A stretch of 32,000 nt of DNA from Ignicoccus islandicus DSM 13165 (GCF_001481685.1 NZ_CP006867.1:1230001-1262000); one strand, 5' to 3'; positions 17,403 through 26,162 are shown, counted from the stretch's first letter. A program made the numbers and translations. Notes: generated by a model from the sequence alone, not told the origin.

Positions 17403-18143
17403 TTAACGACCTAGAAGAGTTAGGTATTCCTTTACCACCTCTTCGAACTCCTCAAGACCTCTCGAAAGGGCCTTAACTAAGGCGCTTCCAACTACTATCC
17501 CGCTCGCCCCGCTCTCAATGGCCTCTCTCACCTCCTCCTTTTTCAAACCGAAACCCACTACTATTGGTTTTGAAGTGATACTCTTAATTCTATTTATTAA
17601 ATTCGGTATACCTACTGGCAAAGGAATTCCCGTTGCCGGTCTCACACCTAAATACAAGATTGGTTCGCTTAGCTCAGCTACCTCCCGTATGACGTGGTCA
17701 GGAGTGGTGGGCGAAACGAAATAAACTGTATCCTTTCCAAACTTTCTTGCTTCACTTGTTATCTCCTTGACTTTGTCGACGTAATCTATTACTGCATCTG
17801 CAAAGAGCACTCCTCCCGCGCAAAGTTTCTTTAAAAACCCTTTTAGATCAACAGAGACGTCTTCGAAGTACGTCATTGCAATTAGTCTTTCGGGCTCAAT
17901 TACTTCGCAGACTTCGCTTAAGTCGAAGTTTTCAACGGAAATTCCATTAGCCCTAGCAACCTCGTAGCTCTTCCTTATTGTTGGTCCGTCGTACTTTGCG
18001 AACTTAGGCGGAATGCCTATCTCAATTAAATCGGCCTTGTCCTTTAGGTATTTCAAAGCTTTCATGAAATCTTCCCAAGTAGGATAACCTAGAGTTAGGT
18101 AGGCTACGAACCAAGGCTTCTTCGAGGGATCTACCTTGAGCAC
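17403..18143 (-). CDS. trpA: tryptophan synthase alpha chain-like protein
   Basis: YLTLGYP, ADLIEIGIPPKFAKYDGPTI (the E and D correspond to the catalytic Glu49/Asp60 context ELGxPFSDPxADGP), IAMTYF, YFVSPTTP...ILYLGVRPATG, VGFGLKKEE...ASGIVVGSALV. Confidence 0.7.
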   Translation of the reverse strand: MLKVDPSKKPWFVAYLTLGYPTWEDFMKALKYLKDKADLIEIGIPPKFAKYDGPTIRKSYEVARANGISVENFDLSEVCEVIEPERLIAMTYFEDVSVDLKGFLKKLCAGGVLFADAVIDYVDKVKEITSEARKFGKDTVYFVSPTTPDHVIREVAELSEPILYLGVRPATGIPLPVGIPNLINRIKSITSKPIVVGFGLKKEEVREAIESGASGIVVGSALVKALSRGLEEFEEVVKEYLTLLGR

Positions 18144-18190
18144 TTGAACCGCCTTTTGGTAAGAGATATTGAAATAAAAAACTTGAACGA

Positions 18191-19237
18191 TTAAGCTCTG
18201 GTTGATCTCTTTCTAAGAATCGATAAGAGCGGTGGAGCTAAGAGAGGGACCATTGGTATGTGTAGCTTCTTCAATAGATCCTTTAGGCTGCCAAGGGAAT
18301 TAGCATTTCCGCTATTGTCATCGACACCTTTGAGCGAGTAGAGACCTACGTAATATTTTTCTTGATCGTCTGAATACGAGCTCAAAGATAGAGCCATCTT
18401 ATCGTTCTTCCAGTCTACGTTTGTGATGGAAGAAATATATTTGATGGACGAAATTGTAAAGGAGCTCTTACTGTAGACCATATCTCCATTAGGAAGGAAG
18501 AGCTCTAGCGAAGAAGGCGACGCTACGGCGATGTACTTACAGTTTGGTGAGAAGGCTGCATCGTTAACGAAACCCTCTATTTCCCCTACCTTCCTAGCTC
18601 TTCCATTGTCTCCTACTTTATACACGTACATTCCACTGGAACCAATAACTGCTACTAGGTTATTGCAACTATCCACTTCGTAAAAGTCGTCGTGCGACGA
18701 TATTTCCGAAACAATACTACCGTCTTTGAGCGATAATATTTCGAGACGATCCTTCTCTATATTTATAGCATAGACGTAGTCGTTTGATGCCGAAACTGAG
18801 ATTACGTAACCATCGATATTGGTTTCCCAATCAGCGTTCCCGTCCAAATCAAACTTTCCGCACTTAGATCCACATGCAATTATGGTATTGTTGTGTAGAT
18901 ATATTCCTCCACTAAATTGCCAACCTAAGTTAAGCTTCTGGATGAGAACACCGTCTTCATTATATAATAGGACGTTACCCGCACTCAACACAGCAAAAGT
19001 TCCGTTAGAGTAGCTTATGTCATCTACGTACCCCGCGACGCATTTCCTCATAATCAAATTTCCATCAGAGTCCAACATATAGAAGCAAGAACCGCAAGCA
19101 ACCCCTACTACGTCATTCTCAGAAAGCACTATTTTGCTAGGCCACTCGTTGCAAAGCTCGGTAACCCAAAGTTCCTTTAAATTAAATGCAAGGAGCGTCG
19201 TAATCAATATTAACGACATGAGAAGCGCTCTCTTCAA
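18191..19237 (-). CDS. secreted beta-propeller-like repeat protein with basic C-terminal tail
   Basis: Signal peptide MKRALLMSLILITTLLA. Repeated ~40-aa units with D-G/N-G turns (DSDGNLI, NEDGVLI, DLDGNADW, LKDGSIV). The C-terminus reads IPMVPLLAPPLLSILRKRSTRA. Confidence 0.55.
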   Translation of the reverse strand: MKRALLMSLILITTLLAFNLKELWVTELCNEWPSKIVLSENDVVGVACGSCFYMLDSDGNLIMRKCVAGYVDDISYSNGTFAVLSAGNVLLYNEDGVLIQKLNLGWQFSGGIYLHNNTIIACGSKCGKFDLDGNADWETNIDGYVISVSASNDYVYAINIEKDRLEILSLKDGSIVSEISSHDDFYEVDSCNNLVAVIGSSGMYVYKVGDNGRARKVGEIEGFVNDAAFSPNCKYIAVASPSSLELFLPNGDMVYSKSSFTISSIKYISSITNVDWKNDKMALSLSSYSDDQEKYYVGLYSLKGVDDNSGNANSLGSLKDLLKKLHIPMVPLLAPPLLSILRKRSTRA

Positions 19238-19301
19238 ACCTCTCCTCCACTCTATGAATGAGACTAATGCAACTAAATTACTTTTCGAGCTCTATTTCGC
19301 T

Positions 19302-20336
19302 CTAAGATGCCTCTTTGAGGCTAGCGAACTCCTCAAGGGCTTTTTCCTTTAGAACGGCTAACACCTCATGCACGCCAATCCCATTAAGTATCGAAAGTTC
19401 GAATAAGTTCTTGCCCATAGTTCTAGCCAATTCCTTGACTTCCCTAAGCTTAACCGCATCAGCAACGTCGATCTTATTGGCTGCCAATACCACCCTTTCG
19501 TTTCCAACTACTTTTAATACGTTATCCAAAACGCGCGCTTGCTTCTCAATAGGGGGTCCTTCCGCGCTAACGTCGAAAAGGAAGAGGAGGGAATTAGGTA
19601 GGTGTCTTATTGCAATAGCGGCCCTTTTTTCTATTTCATTCATTTCCTCCCACGTTCTGTCCAATATCCCGGGCGTGTCAACCACTTGAAACTTATACCT
19701 TCCATCAAAGAAGTGACCAACGTGAACTTCCTTAGTAGTGAAGGGATACGAGGCTACTTCCACTTCCGCTGACGAAACGAACTTGACGAAACTCGATTTT
19801 CCCGTTGAAGGCATCCCAGCTACAACTATTCTGGGTTCATTGAAATCTATTGATGGGAGACTAGAGATTGCTAACTTGAACTTCAATATCACGTCAAGCG
19901 CTCCTCTGGATCGCTTCACAGCGTTCAACGCTCTTCCAACAGCCTCTCTCCTAATTCTAGCTGCTTCCTCTAAGCTGACCGCCGTTTTAACTAGAACCCG
20001 ATAGTCTTCCCACATTTCCTCCAACTTCTTCCTGAGTCTCTTCAAACCGTGAACCACTGCCCAATACTTCTGATAGGGGACGCTAAGCGAAGCTAACTCA
20101 ATGTAGAACGGATGTAACTCTTCAGGTTTAGGTAATTGGTCTAGGAACTTTAACTTGTCTAGGATTATTTGGTAGACCAAGCTCACCCTTTGCACTTCCA
20201 ATTCTATTAGGTCCTTCGGTCTCTTACTCTTGGGTTTTAGCTTCGGGTACCTTTTTAGTACCTTATTAACTATCTCGTCTGAAGTCGGTACGTGCAAATG
20301 CCTAAAGTAATCTGGTGGATCCCTCAAGTACCTCAA
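19302..20336 (-). CDS. NOG1-type GTP-binding protein (ribosome biogenesis GTPase, COG1084-like)
   Basis: G1 AGMPSTGKSS, G3 VVDTPGILDR, G4 ANKIDV, and a NOG1-like N-terminal helical domain. TTG start. Confidence 0.8.
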   Translation of the reverse strand: MRYLRDPPDYFRHLHVPTSDEIVNKVLKRYPKLKPKSKRPKDLIELEVQRVSLVYQIILDKLKFLDQLPKPEELHPFYIELASLSVPYQKYWAVVHGLKRLRKKLEEMWEDYRVLVKTAVSLEEAARIRREAVGRALNAVKRSRGALDVILKFKLAISSLPSIDFNEPRIVVAGMPSTGKSSFVKFVSSAEVEVASYPFTTKEVHVGHFFDGRYKFQVVDTPGILDRTWEEMNEIEKRAAIAIRHLPNSLLFLFDVSAEGPPIEKQARVLDNVLKVVGNERVVLAANKIDVADAVKLREVKELARTMGKNLFELSILNGIGVHEVLAVLKEKALEEFASLKEAS

Positions 20337-20393
20337 TTCGGACCCCTTAAATGGGAACTAACGTAGGGATAAAACTGGAGGGGAACCGCCTTA

Positions 20394-21143
20394 GGGAAAG
20401 GCAAGGTCTTCTTAGTAGGGGCCGGTCCTGGAGGCGCTTGGCTAACGCCCTCATGCGTTCCGGGACTTCTCAGGACGGCTGACGTCGTACTCTACGATAA
20501 CTTAATAGATGAAAGCTTACTCTCCTTTGCATACAATGCCGAACTTATATATGTAGGAAAAATGCCGGGAAAACACACTAAGACACAAGAAGAGATAAAT
20601 GAGTTATTAAAGGAGAAAGCGATCGAAGGGAAAATAGTTGTTAGGTTGAAAGGAGGTGATCCGTTCGTTCTAGGAAGAGGCGATGAGGAATGCGACTATT
20701 TATTGAGTAATGGAATAGAATGTGAAGTAATTCCCGCTCCTACTTCCGCTACGGCCGTTCCAGCTTGCGCCGGAATACCCATTACTAGAAGGAACCTAGC
20801 TAATACCTTCGCGGTAGTTACCGGAAGAGCGGCGGAAGGTAGTAGGAAGCCTAAATACGGTGAAATACTTAAAGTAGTGGATACTTTGGTCGTTCTGATG
20901 GGTGTGGGTAACCTTAAGGAAATAGTGAGGGATATCGAGGTCTCCGTTGGTCAAATACCAAGCGCAGCAATAATGAAGGGATGTACCAAGGAACAAAGGG
21001 TCGTATTAGGACTTTCAACTTATTTACCGGATCTAGTTGAAAAGAACGACATAACGCCCCCTTCGGTATTAGTATTTGGAGAAGTGGTGAAGTGGGCTTG
21101 GGAGAAGAAACTGGTACGAAACGTTGTAGAGGCAAAGTTCTAA
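20394..21143 (+). CDS. cobA: uroporphyrinogen-III C-methyltransferase (SUMT); start codon unresolved
   Basis: The track ORF starts at ATG 20562. My translation of the same frame upstream reads GKGKVFLVGAGPGGAWLTPSCVPGLLRTADVVLYDNLIDESLLSFAYNAELIYVGK, which is the conserved SUMT N-terminus. Downstream motifs are VVRLKGGDPFVLGRGDEE, VIPAPTSA and PSVLVFGEVV. There is no ATG/GTG/TTG in frame between the stop at 20370-20372 and 20562. Confidence 0.85.
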   Translation, partial: GKGKVFLVGAGPGGAWLTPSCVPGLLRTADVVLYDNLIDESLLSFAYNAELIYVGKMPGKHTKTQEEINELLKEKAIEGKIVVRLKGGDPFVLGRGDEECDYLLSNGIECEVIPAPTSATAVPACAGIPITRRNLANTFAVVTGRAAEGSRKPKYGEILKVVDTLVVLMGVGNLKEIVRDIEVSVGQIPSAAIMKGCTKEQRVVLGLSTYLPDLVEKNDITPPSVLVFGEVVKWAWEKKLVRNVVEAKF

Positions 21144-21820
21144 CGTTCAGGCCGAGAGGCGCTCCCGAGTTAGACCCCTTCGATGTAATAAACGTACCTT
21201 TACTTCAATTAGTTCCAACGCTAAAACCCGAAGAGCTCGAAGAATCAATTAAGAGAGCGGAGGCTGTAGTTTTCACTTCAGTTACGGGAGTGGAAGTAGT
21301 TAAGGAGAAGGTTCCCTCAGTGTTCAATCTAATTAAAGGGAAAAATGTAATAGCAATAGGACCCAAGACGGCCCAAGCTCTAAGGGAGGTTGGACTTGAA
21401 GCGATCGTACCGAAGGAATTCACTTCGGAAGGACTTGTGGAGCTATTGAGAAATTACAACTCGATCGTGGCCGTACGTTCGAGCAAGGGATCGAAGGAAC
21501 TTAGGGAACGTTTAGGAAATAAGCTCAAGGAAGTTATCGCTTACGAAACGCTCAGGTTAAAGAGGAAGGAGGTAGCAGAGCTACTCAATGAGGTAGACGC
21601 TGTTGTAGTCTCTAGCGCTGAAATAGCTAGGGCCTTGATCGAGAGCTTGGAAGAAGCGGGAGTAGACCCGAGCAAAGCGCTCTCGGAAACGGAGATAGTG
21701 GTCATTGGACCGTTTGCTGCGAAGCCCTTGGAAGAGCTCGGGATTCGATTTCATCTGGCGGAGGAAGCTACGTTCGAAGGCGTCAAGAGGAAGCTCATCG
21801 AGATACTATGTAATAAGTAA
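21092..21820 (+). CDS. hemD: uroporphyrinogen-III synthase
   Basis: KVLTFRPRG...INVPLLQLVP, AVVFTSVTGVE, and a second half-domain AVVVSSAEIARAL...IVVIGP. GTG start at 21092 overlaps the cobA end by 52 nt, and an in-frame TTG at 21098 is an alternative. Confidence 0.75.
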   Translation: MGLGEETGTKRCRGKVLTFRPRGAPELDPFDVINVPLLQLVPTLKPEELEESIKRAEAVVFTSVTGVEVVKEKVPSVFNLIKGKNVIAIGPKTAQALREVGLEAIVPKEFTSEGLVELLRNYNSIVAVRSSKGSKELRERLGNKLKEVIAYETLRLKRKEVAELLNEVDAVVVSSAEIARALIESLEEAGVDPSKALSETEIVVIGPFAAKPLEELGIRFHLAEEATFEGVKRKLIEILCNK

Positions 21821-21978
21821 TATATTCAATAGACTTCTATTACTTCTCTAAAGGATGCCCGCTATCGACTCCATTTGAAAGGTAAACGTGAAGGTTTCTA
21901 TTGAGCCTAGATCAGACGTGTCCCCATGTTTTCGAATTAACGGCTACACGTTCTGAAAATTTAGAATGGGTCAATGTA

Positions 21979-22043
21979 GCGGCGCCCAACGGGAGCCTCC
22001 CTCACGCACCGCTTCCCAAACGGCGTTGGGAGGCCGGAGCCGC
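21979..22043. ncRNA. candidate structured RNA / regulatory element (GC-rich island)
   Basis: 49 of 65 nt are G or C, inside an AT-rich 308-bp spacer. Helix GCGGC(21979-83)/GCCGC(22039-43). Inner helix CCCAACG(21985-91)/CGTTGGG(22024-30) competes with GCCTCCC(21995-22001)/GGGAGGC(22028-34). No family recognised and the strand is unknown. Confidence 0.25.
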
Positions 22044-22128
22044 ATTGAGGTATGCTATGGATCTATATTAATTTGCCCTCAAAACGTCTTTAAGACACGT
22101 TCCCGAACCTCCTTTCGGTGGAGCTCTA

Positions 22129-23130
22129 GTGGAAGAGGAAGGTTACAGTATCTTGATAACGGACGCTACTATAGTAACCGAACCCGGACAGTACCTAAAG
22201 GGATACCTATATATAGATAAAGGAAGGATTGTTGCAATAGGCGAAGGCGAAGTCCCAGAAGAATACTCCTTCGCCACTTACCTAATTAATGGTAAAAACA
22301 AGATCGTTTACCCAGGCTTAATTCTCCCCTTAATAAAGGCTTCCTCCTATCCTTCTCGATTCGGAGGTAAGGAGGCGTCGAATTTCGAGGAACTCTATTA
22401 CGCAACGCAAATGGCGATCCACGACTTGAGTTTAGCGGGCGTAACGGCCTTCGGAACAGTGGAGGAGGTAGTAGAACCCGTCGTGAGAGCGGTAGTTAAC
22501 TCGTACTCGAAAGCGGTAATCTTCGTTAATGCCGACGTTGAAGGTTGGAAGAGACAATTGGATATAATGCTGAACAAGTGGCAAGGTTATCAAGATAGAG
22601 TGTATACTGGCATATATACGGAAACGGACAATAAAGACGCTATTGAAATAGCCGAAAAGTATTCTCTACCCCTCATATCCAAGTGCTGTGGAATCAAGCT
22701 AGTAGAGGAGGAGAGGATAGCGTCGGAGAGGGGTATCGTGAAGCTGGAGAAGAACGGAGTAATTAGTTACGGGTTCAAGAGGTCGTCCAGAACTGTAAAC
22801 CCGTTAAACGTTCTCCGCACCTTGTACTATATAGGAATGGATCCCGTAGAGGTTATGAGATACGTGACCACCAACGCCGCATTAATTCTAGGTCTAAACG
22901 ACAGCGGCGCTATAAAGGTGGGCTATTCAGCTGATATAGTAATTTTCGACGTATCCCAGCCTCCCGGATGGACTGCCGGAAAGGGGCTTCCCGAGGAAGT
23001 AATTCTAACCTCAAACCCGAGAGTTGAGACGCTAATAGTTAGAGGCGAAGTGATAGCGGATTCGTTCGAAATGCTTAGTATAGGGGTCAAGGACGTCAAG
23101 AGAGCCCGAAACCTCTTTGGAGAGCGTTAG
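22129..23130 (+). CDS. amidohydrolase-superfamily protein, apparently lacking the metal-binding HxH motif
   Basis: N-terminal beta-sandwich ILITDATIVT...YIDKGRIVAIGEG and C-terminal GAIKVGYSADIVIFD...VETLIVRGEVI are typical of amidohydrolases. Where PGxxxxHxH is expected, the sequence reads YPGLILPLIKAS. 333 aa; GTG start. Confidence 0.6.
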   Translation: MEEEGYSILITDATIVTEPGQYLKGYLYIDKGRIVAIGEGEVPEEYSFATYLINGKNKIVYPGLILPLIKASSYPSRFGGKEASNFEELYYATQMAIHDLSLAGVTAFGTVEEVVEPVVRAVVNSYSKAVIFVNADVEGWKRQLDIMLNKWQGYQDRVYTGIYTETDNKDAIEIAEKYSLPLISKCCGIKLVEEERIASERGIVKLEKNGVISYGFKRSSRTVNPLNVLRTLYYIGMDPVEVMRYVTTNAALILGLNDSGAIKVGYSADIVIFDVSQPPGWTAGKGLPEEVILTSNPRVETLIVRGEVIADSFEMLSIGVKDVKRARNLFGER

Positions 23131-23177
23131 ACATTGTTTATTTCAAATTTAAGTAAATTAAATATTTGTTCATACAG

Positions 23178-23186
23178 TTTATATAG
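23178..23186 (+). promoter_or_regulatory. candidate TATA box for glnA
   Basis: TTTATATAG in a 136-bp AT-rich spacer, about 80 nt upstream of the glnA start. Confidence 0.3.
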
Positions 23187-23266
23187 TATTATTGCAAATT
23201 ATTCCAATTAAATGGGAAATAATTGAATACTTGTTCGGAAATCTCTAACTACGCGGGGGACAGTAC

Positions 23267-24760
23267 TTGGTGAGCACTGAAGAAGTGCTTAAGGTAGTTG
23301 AGAAAATCAAATCTGAGAACGTTAGGTGGATAGATATCCACTTCGTAGACGTTCCGGGGAGATTACAACATACTACTTTTCCAGCCAGGGAGTTATTGGA
23401 CGATCCAGAGGAGACCTTTAACGTAGCCATAGGTGGATTCGACGGCTCATCTATTACCGGTTTCACTGTAATTAACGAGAGTGACATGCTTCTTAGGCCT
23501 ATCCCCGAAACCTTTGCGATAATACCAGATGACTGGCAAAATCCGCCCGGAGTCGCTGCCGGGAGAACAGCCAGGTTCATCGCCCAAATCTTCTGGGGAG
23601 GGTACAAGAAGGGAGAAGCACCCAGGTTCGAAAAGGATCCAAGATACATAGCTGAGAGAGCCGAGAGTTACCTTGCTGAACAAGGATACAAGGCCTACTT
23701 CGGACCCGAAGTTGAATTCACTCTATTCGATAAACTAAAGGTAGACATAAACATGCCTTGGCATAAGATGTGCGTCGAAATAAACTACTCTGGAGCCCCA
23801 TGGGATACTCAATTACCTATAATGAAATTTAAACAAGGCTACTTCCCTGCAAACCCTTACGACAAATTATTCTGGATTAGGCAAGAAATCGCAAGTGTAT
23901 TGGAGGATTACTTCGGATTCCAAGTTGAGGCCCATCATCACGAGGTGGCTGGTGCCGGTCAGGGAGAAATAGACTTTAGATTCGATACTGCTGTGAGAGC
24001 CGCTGACAAGGTAGTCACCTTGAAGTACGTCGTAAAGAACATTGCTGCCAAATACGGCATGGTAGCTACTTTCATGCCTAAACCAATCTACGGCGATAAC
24101 GGTAACGGAATGCACACTCATCAAAGCTTGTGGGACATCAAATCTAACAAAAACTTGTTCTACGACCCCAACGACGAGTACGCTGAACTAAGCCAGTTAG
24201 CTAGGTACTACATTGGTGGTATACTAAAGCACGCCAGGGCACTAAGTGCCATAGTGAATCCAACTACATCCAGCTATAAGAGACTGGTCCCAGGTTACGA
24301 GGCACCCATTTACATAGCATGGAGTAAGAGTAACAGATCTGCAATAATCAGAGTTCCCAACTATATGAGAGGCATTGAGAAGGCCGCGAGAATTGAGTAC
24401 AGGTCTCCGGATCCAAGTACTAACCCCTACTTGGCATTCGCTGCGATGGTTGCCGCTGGGCTCGACGGAATAAGGAAGAAAATAGAGCCACCAGATCCCG
24501 TTGATGAGAACATCTACGCAATGGATCCGAAGAAGAAAGCTGAGCTTGAGGAGATAGTTAAGAAGCAATTAGATACAAAGTTACAACTACCTAGTAGCCT
24601 ATGTGAAGCGCTCGACGAACTAGAGTCAGACCACGATTGGCTCTTCCCAATATTCACTAAAGAGATGTATGAGACGTGGATAGAGTTGAAGAGAGAGGAC
24701 TGTAAGAGATTAAATGCCTATCCACACCCAGTCGAGTATTACGAATATTTCGATATCTAA
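23267..24760 (+). CDS. glnA: glutamine synthetase, type I
   Basis: [73 protein letters not shown]. The start is TTG 23267 or GTG 23270. Confidence 0.93.
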   Translation: MVSTEEVLKVVEKIKSENVRWIDIHFVDVPGRLQHTTFPARELLDDPEETFNVAIGGFDGSSITGFTVINESDMLLRPIPETFAIIPDDWQNPPGVAAGRTARFIAQIFWGGYKKGEAPRFEKDPRYIAERAESYLAEQGYKAYFGPEVEFTLFDKLKVDINMPWHKMCVEINYSGAPWDTQLPIMKFKQGYFPANPYDKLFWIRQEIASVLEDYFGFQVEAHHHEVAGAGQGEIDFRFDTAVRAADKVVTLKYVVKNIAAKYGMVATFMPKPIYGDNGNGMHTHQSLWDIKSNKNLFYDPNDEYAELSQLARYYIGGILKHARALSAIVNPTTSSYKRLVPGYEAPIYIAWSKSNRSAIIRVPNYMRGIEKAARIEYRSPDPSTNPYLAFAAMVAAGLDGIRKKIEPPDPVDENIYAMDPKKKAELEEIVKKQLDTKLQLPSSLCEALDELESDHDWLFPIFTKEMYETWIELKREDCKRLNAYPHPVEYYEYFDI

Positions 24761-24765
24761 AAACC

Positions 24766-24773
24766 TTTATTTT
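24766..24773 (+). terminator. candidate oligo-T terminator after glnA
   Basis: TTTATTTT begins 6 nt after the glnA stop, matching the archaeal T-tract terminator type. Confidence 0.3.
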
Positions 24774-24839
24774 GGGGCGATCGTCTACGTAGTAGCTCAA
24801 TTCTCATTCCTTAAATGATTAGAAATGTAAATAGTAAAA

Positions 24840-26078
24840 TTAGGCACCGAACTTCTTTGCTCTATTTGCGTAATTAACCATCAAGTTAAACAAGTCCATT
24901 CCGCGTATTCCAGACAACTTGCCTTTAGCCACTGAAATCTCGTTATACTCTTTCGTATCGTCCGGTATTGCGGTAGGTGCGTAGAGCAGCGAGGGGACTG
25001 GGTCTCCCGTATGTTCCTTTACCGTTACTGGAGTGGCGTGATCGGGCGTTACGACGAACACTGCCTCACCATCGTAGTAGTCCATAATGTAACCTGCAAT
25101 GTAATCGAGCGCTTCAATCATCCTTACTTTCTCTTCTACCAGGCCATCGTGTGACGCAGCATCAGTGCCTTTTAAGTGAACGAAGACCATGTCGTAATCT
25201 TTCAACAGTTCGACAGCTTTCCTTGCTTTGCTCTTGTAGTCTGTATCTACTCCCCCGGTAGCTCCGGGTGGGGTATAAAGGTCCATTCCGACTGCCTTGG
25301 CCACGCCAAGAACGAGTGCTGTTGCTCCTACGGCAGCCGCCTTAACGCCTATTCTCTCTTGGAGTGTGGGTAATGGCTTTCTAAGCATTCCGGCACCTCT
25401 TAATAATACTATGTTCGCAGGCGGTAGACCCTTTTCAATTCTCCTCTTGTTCGCTGGATGATCCTTTAACACTTCGTAGCTCTTGAACGTTATTTTCGTT
25501 AGGACTTCCGCTGTCTTCTTAGCTTCGGGGGTATCTTCTAAGGGCCTCGATTCCAGCACGGGCTTTCCTACTTCGTGTGGGTCCGTATCACTGACCTTAT
25601 CGCTTAAGCCTTCGCCTCTAAGGACTACCGCCAGCCTATGTTCAGTAGCGTGATAGAACTCGACCTTTACTCCGTCTACTTCATTTAACTTCTCATTTAG
25701 CACCTCTACTAGCTCACTAGCTTCGTCTACTTTCCTGCCAGCTCTCCTATCTACTACTATTAACTTTCCACCTTCTTCTTTAACTGTTGCAAAGTTACCC
25801 CTCAGTGCAACGTCGCCTTTAGTCAGACTCGCTCCCACTCCCATCGCTTCGAAAGGACCTCTTCCTTCGTACCACAAAAATGGATCGAGACCAAATAGCG
25901 AAATGTGTGCGGTATCGCTACCGGGAGGTATTCCAGGAGCTATTACGTTAATGAGGCCGGTTTGTCCCCTTCTCGCCATCTCATCCAAGTTAGGAGTTGA
26001 AGCTTCTTGTAGAGGGGTTTTGTAGTTAAGGGAAGGTACGAGCCTATCTCCCATTCCATCTCCAACAATTAAGACCAT
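24840..26078 (-). CDS. apgM: 2,3-bisphosphoglycerate-independent phosphoglycerate mutase, archaeal type
   Basis: MVLIVGDGMGDR...KTPLQEASTPNLDEMA...GSDTAHISLFGLDP, VFVHLKGTDAASHDG, FVVTPDHATP (alkaline-phosphatase superfamily metal ligands). Confidence 0.88.
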   Translation of the reverse strand: MVLIVGDGMGDRLVPSLNYKTPLQEASTPNLDEMARRGQTGLINVIAPGIPPGSDTAHISLFGLDPFLWYEGRGPFEAMGVGASLTKGDVALRGNFATVKEEGGKLIVVDRRAGRKVDEASELVEVLNEKLNEVDGVKVEFYHATEHRLAVVLRGEGLSDKVSDTDPHEVGKPVLESRPLEDTPEAKKTAEVLTKITFKSYEVLKDHPANKRRIEKGLPPANIVLLRGAGMLRKPLPTLQERIGVKAAAVGATALVLGVAKAVGMDLYTPPGATGGVDTDYKSKARKAVELLKDYDMVFVHLKGTDAASHDGLVEEKVRMIEALDYIAGYIMDYYDGEAVFVVTPDHATPVTVKEHTGDPVPSLLYAPTAIPDDTKEYNEISVAKGKLSGIRGMDLFNLMVNYANRAKKFGA

Positions 26079-26162
26079 TTTGTAAGTCTTGATTTCTTCT
26101 CACCGGTCCCTTGGTAGGCGCCACTTGAATTAAAACGTAAGCGAAAGCTCATCTATACGGTT

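Noticed and set aside
21966-22220. 84-aa + strand ORF in the hemD/amidohydrolase spacer
   Set aside because: The sequence is Arg/Ser/Gly-rich, generated by the GC-rich island, and overlaps the well-supported start of the 22129 gene out of frame. I treat it as a by-product of a possible RNA element.
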